Source: Camelus ferus (lineage: Eukaryota). Taken from it: a DNA stretch of 64,000 nt. The stretch lies in the NCBI RefSeq assembly GCF_009834535.1, contig NC_045707.1, positions 62,622,001 through 62,686,000 on the forward strand, in the 5' to 3' direction. The position numbers were made by a program, and so were the translations under genes. Below are positions 13,323-25,259 of the stretch, piece after piece (positions within the stretch are counted from its first letter, which is position 1; every line of letters starts with the position of its first letter). Below the pieces are notes generated by a model. The model was not told where the DNA came from and searched no databases. It saw only the letters and a list, made by a program, of their open reading frames with translations.

Positions 13323-16300
13323 ATCTTAGATATTATAATTCGTGGATTATATTATGACTGATAGTGGTATCTACCATGGGCACAGAAGTGGGAAGTAGTG
13401 GAATGTACCACACATACACAGACACACACTATGATCATGAAAAAAATTACCTAACGCTCTCTTTCTGCCTTGATTTTATTGTATATACCACCAAAGTAAT
13501 GACATCAGGCTTATATAACCCAGAAGATTGTGTGAATTGAATAAAACAGAGTCTCCAAAAAAGAAAAAATTATTTACATCACTTACTATTAATAGAATGA
13601 GAAAAGGAAAGAGAAGGCACATGTCTTTGCTGTTCAAGATTTAAAATTTCTATGCTGCGTTTCTAAAGCCCTCATCTCTAGGATATTGCCAGTTTTACTA
13701 TATGGATGCCCTCAGAAGTCACCTTAGAAAATTAAGATAGTTCAGGCTGGTCTCATTCTGATTTGTCATCATTTACCACTACGTTTTTTGTCTTGCCTCT
13801 TTGAGCGCTGCTGGGTTCAGTCTTCTCTTGACCAAATAAAATAAGTTCAGTGTTCAGTAAGGGAAGAGAAGTTTAAAATGGAGCTAGGCTAAGAGAAATC
13901 TTTTCACTAGAATCAATGTGCATCACACTCCATTGGCCAGTGATTGGTTATGACAGGTACTGAGAAAGAAATCCCAGTAAAAAGCAAAAGGTGTATAAAC
14001 CACAAAATGCACAGATGATGGTGAAATGAGGCTTTCAAAGTGCTAAAATACCGAGTAATTCTGACAGTACCGAGAAGGCTGAGCTGTTCATCACTCATTT
14101 TTACGTGTGCCACTCAGTGTGCACACCTATTTAACATGTATGACTCCCAGTGTACACCTGTTGCACATTCATGTATAAAATTCTTAACTTTGGGAGTACT
14201 GTCCAAAATATTGCAGGTCTGGAAAAACAGATTGAAACCATTCATAAAATCTTGCCTATTACAGAAGACAAATCCAGATGGATGGCATAGGAGGTAGCTA
14301 TGAACCCGATGTTAACAACGTATTTATTTTATTATGAGTAGGTTGGCTGAGAAGGTAAAGGAAACTAAAAAAGCCTTATGGGCATATGGGAACATCAGGG
14401 CATCTCTCACAACGGTGAATGTTGTACTGCTGACAAACGACAGCACAGCTATTTCCAATAACGTTGGCCAGAAAGTATTAAACAGAATACATCATGACTA
14501 TTTGAGCCCATAAAATGATGCAAAAAAAGAATTTGGGCAACAGCATTTTGGCGAGCATCCAATAAAGCAATTGATGGAAAAGTAGCTTCTTGTCTGGGAT
14601 GTCAGCCCTTATAGTGTGAAAATATGAAAGAGATTCTAATGAGAAGACCAGCAGCTGTCAGACTTGGGAACAACTTGGAAAATTAAAAAAAAAAAAAAAA
14701 GCAGTTATTACTACTATTAGAACTTAAAATGGTTATTTCATGATCTGGAACTACCAACATAAAAAAGGTGAGACTGAAAGACAACACAGTTAGTACTCAG
14801 ATAAGGTTAATACTAACAGATATAAAAATGAGAAGTATAATTTTTAACAAAGTATACTGGTTGGGCCTACAAAAATAATTCTGAAATTTGCCTAATTTAT
14901 AAATTAATTGATACAGAAAATTTAGGTAATTAACTTGCTCAAAGAGTACCCATTGGGAGGAAATGTTGGCTGACTTTAAGTTTTTCAAATTAAATAACCA
15001 CATGTATATTCACTGTGTTAATTGATCAGCCAGTGACAAGTTGGATCCTGATAAACTGCTGAGGGTCACATAAAAAGTACTCAAAATTAACTGAAATAAT
15101 TATTGTACTTTTTTTAAAAAAAAGTATCATGTACAAATGTTAAAAGTCTTGAACAGAGCCGATTAAATCAAGAAATAACCCCTCAGAAATATCTATGATC
15201 TATGTAGGCTGTGATTACTTTGCCAGGATGTCTGGAAAAGGCATTTGTTAATTTTGCTTACCTTTTGTAAAAACCAATAGCCATGTGGGTTTGAAGGGTC
15301 TCCATTTTTCTTCCTGAGTAAGTAGTTCCTATCTGATCTTTTACACACATATCTGTGAACAGGCTGGCTTATCTGAACATGAATTATAAGAAGCACTGTG
15401 TATGTTACATATTGACACATGCATCACATTTGTGGGATTAATTTGCTCATCAATGTAAAATTAATGTTTACTTTTTACTGATGTCACCGCCAATAAATTT
15501 TTTAAAACTTTTAAATGAAGCACATGAATGGTGTTAAAATCCATTGTCATCACAATTCAGGCAATATAAACCACAGAATTTTGGACGATGTTTGTTAACT
15601 CCTGTGATACAGTGATTCACTGTGCTTAATATATATTTTGAGACTATAAATACTATCATTAAAACAATATTTATAAGACTTTTTATAAACCAATGAAACA
15701 ACGAATTAAATATAAGTGAAATATAAACCAAAAATAAAAAATACTATGCAATTCACTTGTGATTTCTTTAATTACATAAAAATTTTGCTAGAGATATTAT
15801 ATTAGTTCCAAACACTTAAAAATCTACTATTGCCAAGAATAGTTACATTACATATATCATACTATAGGATCCATTATAACAGTACTTAAATTGATCTTGA
15901 TGTGAGTACCACATCTTACATCTGATTCTGGGCAAAACACAGTCTTTGTTTTCTCAGTGATAAGACTTCAGATTATTTCTTGTTACGTTCTCTCTCACAA
16001 GGTTGTCATAAGCATAAATGTTTAAAGCACTATGATTATGAAATATTTCACTAGCTTTGTTAGGAACTCACACATTTTAGGGGACAGTCTCAGTTAAACA
16101 CATAATGACTCTCAATGATTAATCATAATATTATGTTCCTTGGAGGAAAAACCTGATGCCATGAAATCAGTTTCTCATGGTCTCTTTCAAAACTCAAATT
16201 GAGAAACAAATGACCAAGATGATGGACAAGCTTAGCCTTTATATCTCTCCATCTTACTCATCTTAATCTCCTGGAAGATAGCTGCTATTTGGAACATGAA

Positions 16301-16599
16301 ACAGAATGGTTTATTTCTTGTTGTCTTTCCAAGTTCTAGCATGTTCTCATTAGAAACCATATGTCACCAAAATCCTGGCCAAAAAAAAAAAAAAAAGAGG
16401 CAGAAAAGAAAAAGAAAAAGACACTGAGAGGAAAAAAATCTATCTACCTACCATAAGAAGAATGTAAACTCCATGAGGCCAGAAATGTTTAAATATTTTC
16501 TCATTTCTATAATCAGAAGAATATAAAAAAAGTTGGCATATAGTAGGATATAAAAAGAATATTTATTGCATAAATAAATCACTTGTTTGTTTGGGATTA

Positions 16600-16870
16600 T
16601 ATCTAGAAAAATCTAGGGTAGGCAAATTATAGAGACACAGAGTGTATTAGAATTACTAGGAGTTAATAGGAGAGGGAATGGGGAGTTATTGCTTAATTGG
16701 TACAGAGTTTCTGTTTGGGGTGATAAAGATATTTTGGAAATAGACAGTGGTGGTGGTTGTACAACCTTGAGAGTGTAATTAATACCATGGAGTTGTACAC
16801 GTAAAAATGGTTACAATGATAAATTGTATAAAATTTTATAAAATTATATATTTTACTATAATAAAATATT
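16600..16870 (+). mobile_element. L1MB-type 3' end
   Basis: ggcaaattatagagacacagagtg...ggtacagagtttctgtttggggtgataaag...gtggtggttgtacaac...aaaatggtta...tactataataaaa. Confidence 0.85.
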
Positions 16871-17149
16871 TTTCAAAATTATAACTCTGATATAGAAAAA
16901 TTTACAGACTTAGAAATACGCAGATATAATCACCCAGACCCAAGAAAACGTAAGCATTTATGATCCTAAAGTACTTATATCTTGAAATACACTGCTGGTA
17001 ATATGTTATTCAAGAAAAATTTAAATAATGTAAAACGAACAGATCTGAAGTGGAGATTTGAGTTTTGACAAATAAACATATTCATTAAACCATCATCCCT
17101 GCTGAGATAGCATTACCATCACCTCAGGAAAGTTTTCTCTTCCAAGGGT

Positions 17150-17490
17150 GGAGGAAACACCTTGGAGACAGCTTATAAAAATTTGCATGTGGAAATTAAC
17201 ACATTTTCAGGAATTTTTGTTAGTTGTCAAACATGGGCATGATTTAAAAGCAAGTTATATTAACTTATAACTAACATATTACACATGTACAATGACAGAA
17301 GCAGATCTTAAGTGTCTTACTACATTTCAGTGTTATCTTGTGCTCTTGAGATTGCCTATTGCTTCTTCGTGGTAGAAATACTAGATTGTGTGTTACTGTA
17401 CATTCCTGACTATGTTCAGTGACTTCATGATAGTAGCTCACAATAGGCAAGCTCAGTATTTACCACATAGAAATCATAATTTTTAAAAAT
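17150..17490 (-). mobile_element. MER63-like hAT DNA transposon nested in L1
   Basis: attttcaggaattttt...ttactacatttcagtgttatcttgtgctcttgag...gttcagtgacttcatg...agtatttaccacatagaaat resembles MER63B/D. Confidence 0.7.
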
Positions 17491-20400
17491 TAGGACATTT
17501 TCCGTCACAGAAAGCTTCTTAAACATACTCTTGCACATCACGGCTCACCTATCCATCCATGTACTACCCCACAGACAACCACTTTTTTTCATTTCTAAAC
17601 CATAGCTTAATTTTACTCATTCTTGAATTTTGTGTGAATGGAATCATAGACAATATTCTGTTTTACTCCTGGCTTTTTATGTTTAATATAATGCTTTTGA
17701 GATTTCTCCTCATATTTCTGCATATATCAATAGTCCGTTCTTAAATTTCTGAGTAATGTGCCCTTATAGGAATATACTATAATTTGTTTATCCAGGTTTC
17801 TTATGACAATATTTTGAGTTATTTTCAAGTTTGGGTTATTCTGATTCAAGCTGCCGCAAACATTTTTGTACAGTCTTTAGTGGATATAATCTTTCTTATT
17901 TCTCTTAAGTAAATAGCTACAAGTGGAATGCATAGATCATGGATAGATGTATATTTAACTTTTTAAAGAAACTGCCAGTTTTGCAAAGAGTGTGTACCAT
18001 TTCATGTTGCCACCAGCAATGTAGGAGAGACTTCCAGTAGCTCTGCTTCTTCACTAACATTTAGTGTTGTCACTCTTCCAAAGTTCAGCAGTTTCAGAGG
18101 ATTTGACATGATCTCACTGCAGTTTCAGTTTGATGATTAATGATGCTGAATGTCTTTCATAAGTTTATTAGCCATCTGTTTATCTTGACTTGTAAAATGT
18201 CTATTCAGGTCTCTTGCCCAATTCTTTTTAAATGGTCTTTTTATTATTGCTTCCTGTGAGTTCTTTATGTGGTTGATACAAGACCTTTATCAAAGGCCTG
18301 TATTATAAATATTTTCTCTGTGGTCTTTTTTGAAAGATGTGTTCTGATGAGAAGTTCTAATTTTGATGGGTTCTGTTTTTCTTTCATAGTTAGAACCATG
18401 TTTTGGTTCTCTCTAAGATATCCTCTCCTACCCCCAAGGTTGCGATTGCACCTCTGTGTTGTCTTCTAGAAGACTTCTTGTTTTACCTTTTACAGTAAGT
18501 CTATATTTCATCTTAAATAAATATTTATGTAAAACTTGAAGTGGGCATTGAGGTAATTTTTCCCATGTGACTATCCAGCAGGGCTAAAACCACTTTCAAA
18601 AACTCTTCTTTCCCTATTGAATTGGCTTGGTGTCTTCATCAAAAAACAATTGTTCTTATATTTATGCCCATACCTTCTATTTGTTCTGTTGATTTTATTC
18701 CATCTATACTCCAAGAACACACTGTCTTGATCACTGTAACTTCACTATAAAGAATATTACGATTTGAAATCATGTAGTGTGTCTTTCAACCTTTTTCACT
18801 CAAAAAATTTTTTGGCTATTAAACCATTTTCAATATCCACATACATTTTAGTCTCAACTCATCAATTATTACAAGGAAGCATGTAAGAATTTTAACTTGA
18901 AATGCATTTACTGTTTTTAGATCAACTGAAACCGTAGCAACATTAAGTTGTTTAATTGATGAGCGTGATATTTCTCTCATTTATTTAGGTGATTTTAAAT
19001 TTCTTATAAAAGTCTCATAGTTCCCCAGAGAGATTTTACACATCTTTTGCTGAAAGTATATTTATTTATCATGGATTTTGATGCATCTGTTAATGGATTT
19101 AAACATTTTCTAATTGCTGTCAATATATAAAACTACAATTAATTTTACTATGTTGAGCTGTAGTGTTGTTAACTACACATGTTAGTTCTAGCAGTACTTT
19201 TATAAATTCTTTGGGATTGTCTGTGTAAGCAGTTGTGACATCTGGAAATAACGGATATTTATTTCTTCCTTTTTAAAGTCTGCATGCCTGCTATTTCTTT
19301 TTCTCCTCTTAATGCACTAATTAGGACACTTAATACAATAATGAAAACAAATTTGTTTTTGAGAAATTGTGAGAGTAGATTTCTTTTCCTTTTTTGGGAG
19401 ACAATATAAAGATGTTCAATATTTCACCATTAAGATGCTTTTCATCTTAATAAAGAATGTGCCTTCATAGTTTATGGAGCATTTTGTTGTGAATCTAGTA
19501 AGATGGACTTATTTTCTTTAAGTTTCCTTTATTAGAAGCTGATTTGCCTTGATTGGATTTTTAATGTGGAATCCTGCTTTCTTGAGCTAATCCCTATTTG
19601 GTCAGACTGTATTATTCTTTGTATACATTGCTAGAATTAATTTGCAAAGATTGTGTTAAGATTTTTTTCTGTTAAGATGTGGGTGCTTGTCTTAAATTTA
19701 ATATTTTTATAATATTTTTGTCAAATTTTGATATTGTTTTGATGCTTCCCTCCTAAAATGAACTGTTAAGCTTTTTTTCCTCCTCATTTGGAAGAGAATT
19801 TATATGATTGATATAATTTCTTATTTAAATGTTTAATAGAATTCACCAGTGAAACCATGCCTTAGACTTTTATTTGAGAGCTTTTGTTGTTAATGTGTTT
19901 TGTAGATACAGAGATATTTAGATTTTCTGTTTCTTTTCATGTAAATTTTGGTGAGTTGTATTTTTCATAGGGTATGTGTTTCATCAATTTATTTATAGGA
20001 AGTTATTCAAAGTATTTCCTTAGTATCTTTTTAAATTCTATAGAATCTATGGTATGTCCCATATTTTATTCTTGATAACAATAATTTTTGGCATTTTCTT
20101 CTTTTTCTCCCCTTCATCAGTCTACTGGTTCACTAATTTTATTATATTTGCCAAGAAGCAAAATCTTTAATTTGTTAATTGTTTATTTTCATTTCATTAA
20201 TTTTTGCTTTTATTTTTTATTAGCTCCCTCTGTTTACATGTTTTTAGTTTAATATGCTTATCTTTAGCTTTAAAGGTGTAAAACTAGATCTTTTATTTAG
20301 ATGTATTTTAGTAGAGGTATATAAGCATAAACATTTCTCTGTAAGCACTGCGTTAGCTATATGCCATAAATTTTGGCATATTGTATTGTCATCAGTTAGA

Positions 20401-21700
20401 AATATTTCCTAGTTTCCTTTGTGATTGCATCCTTTTTGTATTTATTGGTTATTTAGAAGTATTTTATTTTATTTACCAATATTTATGGAATGTCAGATAT
20501 ATTGGAATTGATTTATAATTTATATGTTGCAATGAAAATGTATATTTTATAATACTTTAATTTTTGAGTTCACTGAGACATTTTATGAACAAGCACTGTT
20601 GGGGATAATATCCTGCAAAAGCTGATTAGATAAAGTTGGTTGATACTATTATTACTGATTTTTTGTCTTGGTAGTCTATCACTGGCTAGAGGTAATGTAT
20701 TGTAATTATCAATGTATTATGATTATCAGTATATTATTTATTTGGAGACCTGTGCTGTACTTCTAACTTTCTTTCAGATTTTGCTTCATGTGTTTCAAAT
20801 GTCTGTTAGTAAACAAAAACAAAGAAATTCAGTCTTTCTTCATAATGTTCTTCTGTTTGTAATGTATTACTTTCTCTTATTTCTTTCAAGATTTCTTTTT
20901 ATTTTTGCATTTTAGCTATTTTAAGAGGTGTGGCTCTTTTGAAAATTTATCTTGCTTGGGGTTTGCAGAGTTATTAAGAATTGCAATTAGATGGTTTTCA
21001 TCACATTTAGAAAAAAAAATATGTCCTAGTTTTTCCATTCCTCTCTTTGTTGGGCTTAACTCTACATATTTTAGAAAATTTGAAATTGCTCCACGAGTCA
21101 CTGGGTTTCTCTTTATTCTTCAAGTCATCCAGTTCTTCACAGAAAGTATTTTCTATTAATCTATCTTTAAAATCAACCCATTTTTCTACCCTTTCTTTAT
21201 TTCTGCTATTAGCCTATCCAGTAGTTTTATTTCTCAGGTCAGATAATTCAGTTTTCAATTCTAGAATTTTCATTTGGCTTGCTGCTGTTTTCCTTCTATT
21301 TATATTCAGTTAATTTAATCCAGTTTTTCGCCTAAGTCCTTGAACATATTTGTAATATCTTCTTTAAAGACATTGTCTGCTATTTCCACACTCAGGTTAT
21401 CCTGTAGTCTGTTTCTGGTGACTTTTTATTTTGTTTTTTTCCACTTGGCTCTTTGAAGTGCCCCACGTGAATGTTCAGTCCAGAGGTAAACCATGGCTTT
21501 AAAGGAGTTTATGGATATATTTGGGGGCAGGCTCTGCTTTGATTTCATCCTTTCTGAGATAAATTTACATCCTTACTTTCCAGGAATTCTAGTTGCCTAA
21601 AATTCTGTCTTGTGAAATCTTAAGCTGATAGGACTGCAGCTTTCTTCTTGACTTTTAGCCTCCATACTTGCATGGGCTAGATAATACCTTCAAAGGAAAG

Positions 21701-21702
<2 letters not shown>

Positions 21703-21754
<52 letters not shown>
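21703..21754. repeat. (GT)26 microsatellite
   Basis: Uninterrupted GT run. Confidence 0.98.
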
Positions 21755-21762
<8 letters not shown>

Positions 21763-22689
21763 TTAGGTCTCATCCAGTTTTTTTCTCGAGTTGGATAGCT
21801 CTCCAGTGCTTTCTTTCAATTGTTTCCCCTACCACCAAAGTTTATAATTGCTATCTTTTGGCTGGTTATTCCAATATAAGCTACTCTGCTGGGATTCACT
21901 AATGTATTTTAAAAGTACAGAGTATAGGCATTGCTGTATTATTTACTTACTATGTTTCTAATTCAGATTTTTACCAAAGAGACATTTAGACATTGATAAA
22001 CCACAGGGAACATGTATTAAGGACTGAATAATTCAAGAAAATACTCAAAAATTTTAGTAATAATGCATTCAATTACTATGTGACAAATATGTAGATGAAT
22101 TCAAAGTCAATTTCTTTTAAAACCTAGCTAAAAATGACCAATTTGTATTTTAGTAGTACTCATTGCTTCAAATTTAGTGACTTGAGATCTAAATTTTAAA
22201 AGACCACAAAAAGATAACAGCTTGTTTTTCAACTTACAGGATATTTGTTATATTCTATATACTTGGTTTCTTATGTTCACAACACACCCAGAATTAATCT
22301 TAGGAGAACTGGTTAATATTAAAAAAAGAATAACAACAACTTACCAGAAATAGGTCTGCTGCCCACAATACAGTTGTTAAACTTCAGTAAGATCTATAAC
22401 TAAGCTTATAATACATGTTTGCCTTTCAGTAAAAAAAAAAGGGGGGGGGGTCTTTGAATTTAGCATCCCAAAAGTACTTGTTTGGGGGTACTTTAAGTTT
22501 TTTTTTTCAATCTTAAGTAAGCAAATGGTTGAAATTGGTTATATTTGTTCATGAAGTAACCTTTTTGTTGAATATCAACATTCTTCCTCTTGCAAGGTCT
22601 CAAAAGAACTATAAAAGGTAGTAAACTTAGTTAAGAAAAATTTCTTTTTAATATCTATTCAAGTTGACTCAATACTCAACACAGGTTTT

Positions 22690-23150
22690 CTTTTCACTGT
22701 TGCAAGATGGCTGCAAAAGTGCCAGACCTCAAAATCTCTTGTACCCTGTCCAGTAGCAAGAGGAAAAATCCTTCCCTAAATTTGAAGCAAAAGCCTTTGT
22801 TTCTAATTAACTCTCATTGGTCATATTAGGAACTTTCTAGTCATAGATGTCAAAAGTAATGGTTTGTGGCAGAGGGTATAGCTCAAGTGGTAGAGCATAT
22901 GCTTACCATACATGAGGTCCTGGGTCCAATTCCCAGTTTCTCCCCTAAAGATAAATAAACCTAATTTCCTCTACTCCAAAGAAAAAGTAATGATTTGATT
23001 GCATGAGACATTGTTTATGTAATCCTTTTTTTTTTTTTTTGGTCAAAAGGCATGTGGAACTTCATCCAAAATTCATGATTGAGAATGTGTATAAGCATGA
23101 TTTTCTTGAATAAAAATGGTGAGAAAAATAAAACTGGGCCACAATATAAC
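22690..23150 (-). mobile_element. Old MaLR LTR fragment (MLT1K-like) interrupted by a SINE
   Basis: gcaagatggctgca...ccagacctca...ctctcattggtcata-type motifs. Confidence 0.45.
22867..22982 (+). mobile_element. tRNA-derived SINE (camelid Vic-1-like), full length
   Basis: gagggtatagctcaagtggtagagcatatgcttaccatacatgaggtcctgggtccaattcccag...aaataaacctaatttcctc. 15-bp TSD with one mismatch: aaaagtaatggtttg (22852-22866) / aaaagtaatgatttg (22983-22997). Confidence 0.93.
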
Positions 23151-24109
23151 TAATATCTAAGGAATAGTTAATTCAATCTAGTGTTTTTCAACTTTGGAGC
23201 CCATCCAGAAAGCTTTGTCGTAAACTCTATTACAGATGTAATTTTAGTTGAAATGCATTGCCACACCATGGGTTCTACCAGTAAAAGTCTACCAAATTCA
23301 GGTTTCTGTTTAAAAAAAAAAAAGAATAAAACATTACCTCAGTTCTTACATCCCATGAAGTAAGATAGAGACATTCTGTTAATAATCGGACTTACATTTC
23401 ATTATTCCTGAGCTGTTTTTTTTTTAAATACATATTAAGCTTCTCAAACTGTGCACAACAAAAGATCCCCACAACAAAAATGCAAGTTATAATCAATACA
23501 CAATTCTGTTCTGTATTCTTTCTCTTTGATGTGAGCGGGTTGGGTTGGGGGATGGAGAAGTCATGGTAGGGTTATTTTGAGGTACTTTTGAGCTGCTTAT
23601 TAGCGGTCCTTATTAGCAGCTTCTTATTACCAGCTTTCCCAGGCAGTTTTGTGACATGTTTTGAAGATAACTCTTTTGTTCCATCGAAACCATAATGCCT
23701 ACTTTAATCTGCAATGAATTCAAAGAGAGAGAAGAAAAGGCCAATTAAATTATAAAATACCTTTAAAGTCACTGCCATACACCACTAGCTTTTACACCTT
23801 AGACAATATTAAATTATAGAGCCTTTAGCGAGAAATTATATTTTTGCTTCAGAACCAGCCTGGCAGCAGTAATACATGCTTCCATATGATGATAGCTGCC
23901 AGAATTGCAAGCAATGCCAATAACACCTTTAGAGCTAAAAGGAACCCGTAAATGAAATAGCTTTAAAGAAGCCAATATTTACTATAAGTGCGTTAACTAA
24001 AAGAAAGCATCAAATATTGACATGTCAGACAATCTAATGACAACTTATTGTATGCAGTCAGTATGCTAGGCACTACAGAACTCTACTTTCTTTCCTATTC
24101 ATTAATGTA

Positions 24110-24330
24110 AGCCATTACATGATGCTAACTATACTCCAGTCACTGCTTTATAAGCATTGCATGTAATAATACCTTTAATTCTTAAAATGAAGAAAGTGTT
24201 GTTACCACTCCCTTTTACTGTGAAGAAACCGAGACATGGAGAGGTAACAAAATTCTTCACTATGAGAACAGTTATTTCAAAATATGATCTGTATACAGTC
24301 AGTTCTGATATCCAGGCTATTAACCCCTAT
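24110..24330 (-). mobile_element. MIR SINE
   Basis: ccttttactgtgaagaaaccgagacatggagaggtaac is the antisense MIR core. Confidence 0.65.
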
Positions 24331-25259
24331 CCTACCCTTATTCTATTTAAAGGGTAATGCATATATTTCCAAACCTTTTTTGCTAAACTTCCAATTCTGT
24401 CTCCTTTCCCCAGATCTCTGGAGTGGTACTTCACTGTCCCCACTTAGCAGTTCTCTGTATTTCGCCCAGGCTTCTTACTAGCATCTCCATCATAATTTTA
24501 AATATTCTTTCTCCCCATCATATGACTTTGCTCATAGGATTCTCAGACTGCTGAAATATCTTCCATTCAATACATATTTAATGAGATTCTATTTAATGAC
24601 CCAGACACTGCTGATCTCCTATTAACACATCTATCTTCGTTTCTTTCTTCAAGATTTGATTCAACACTCATTTTCTCTAGGAAGCGATGTGTAGCATCCT
24701 TTTATCCTTCATTCACACCAACCATTCCTTAGTGTCCTATTGCTATGTATTTTACACTGAGTATTAGGGATGTTTATTGTTCCTAAAGCATATACACAGA
24801 ATTTTATGGTGAAATGAGCACAGTGTTTAGAAAAAGAAGATAAAAGACAAAGTTAAGTGATATTGGCCAAGTCATTTATTGTAACTGAGGCATTTCTTCT
24901 TGCTACCAAAATGTTAAGAATAGCAATTATAACATGATTTTAATTCGTAGAATATTTAGTACAAAGAAACATTATGATACAAGAAGAGATGCTTTATAAA
25001 ACCATATAGCAAAGAGATTTTAGTTTCTAGCTTTACCCTGGACCCAAACCACACCACATTACCCTTAACCAGTCGTTTACAATCACCCATGCCCTGTTCA
25101 TGAAGCAATGATATTTCAGCCTGGGGGACCTTTTAGAAGCGTTCTGTTAACTTCAGCTAGCGTGGCTTGAGAGTGAGTCTCAGGCTATTGATGTAAGCAT
25201 CCTCATCCTCCTCATCTTCCTTCTTCACAGGTTTATTAAGTTATCATTGCTGTGCATTT

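Larger units (their letters stand above)
17040..21870 (-). mobile_element. Long decayed L1M (3' UTR, ORF2, then ORF1/5' remnants)
   Basis: Continuous T-rich antisense L1 motifs: gaaactgccagttttgc, ccaccagcaatgtaggaga, cactgtcttgatcactgta, gaattcaccagtgaaaccat, taagcactgcgttagctatatgccataaattttg. Confidence 0.88.

Noticed and set aside
22340..22610. Minus-strand exon ending at the strong donor CTG|GTAAGT near 22349
   Set aside because: The nearest plausible acceptor gives an exon spanning poly-A and poly-G runs; no supporting evidence.
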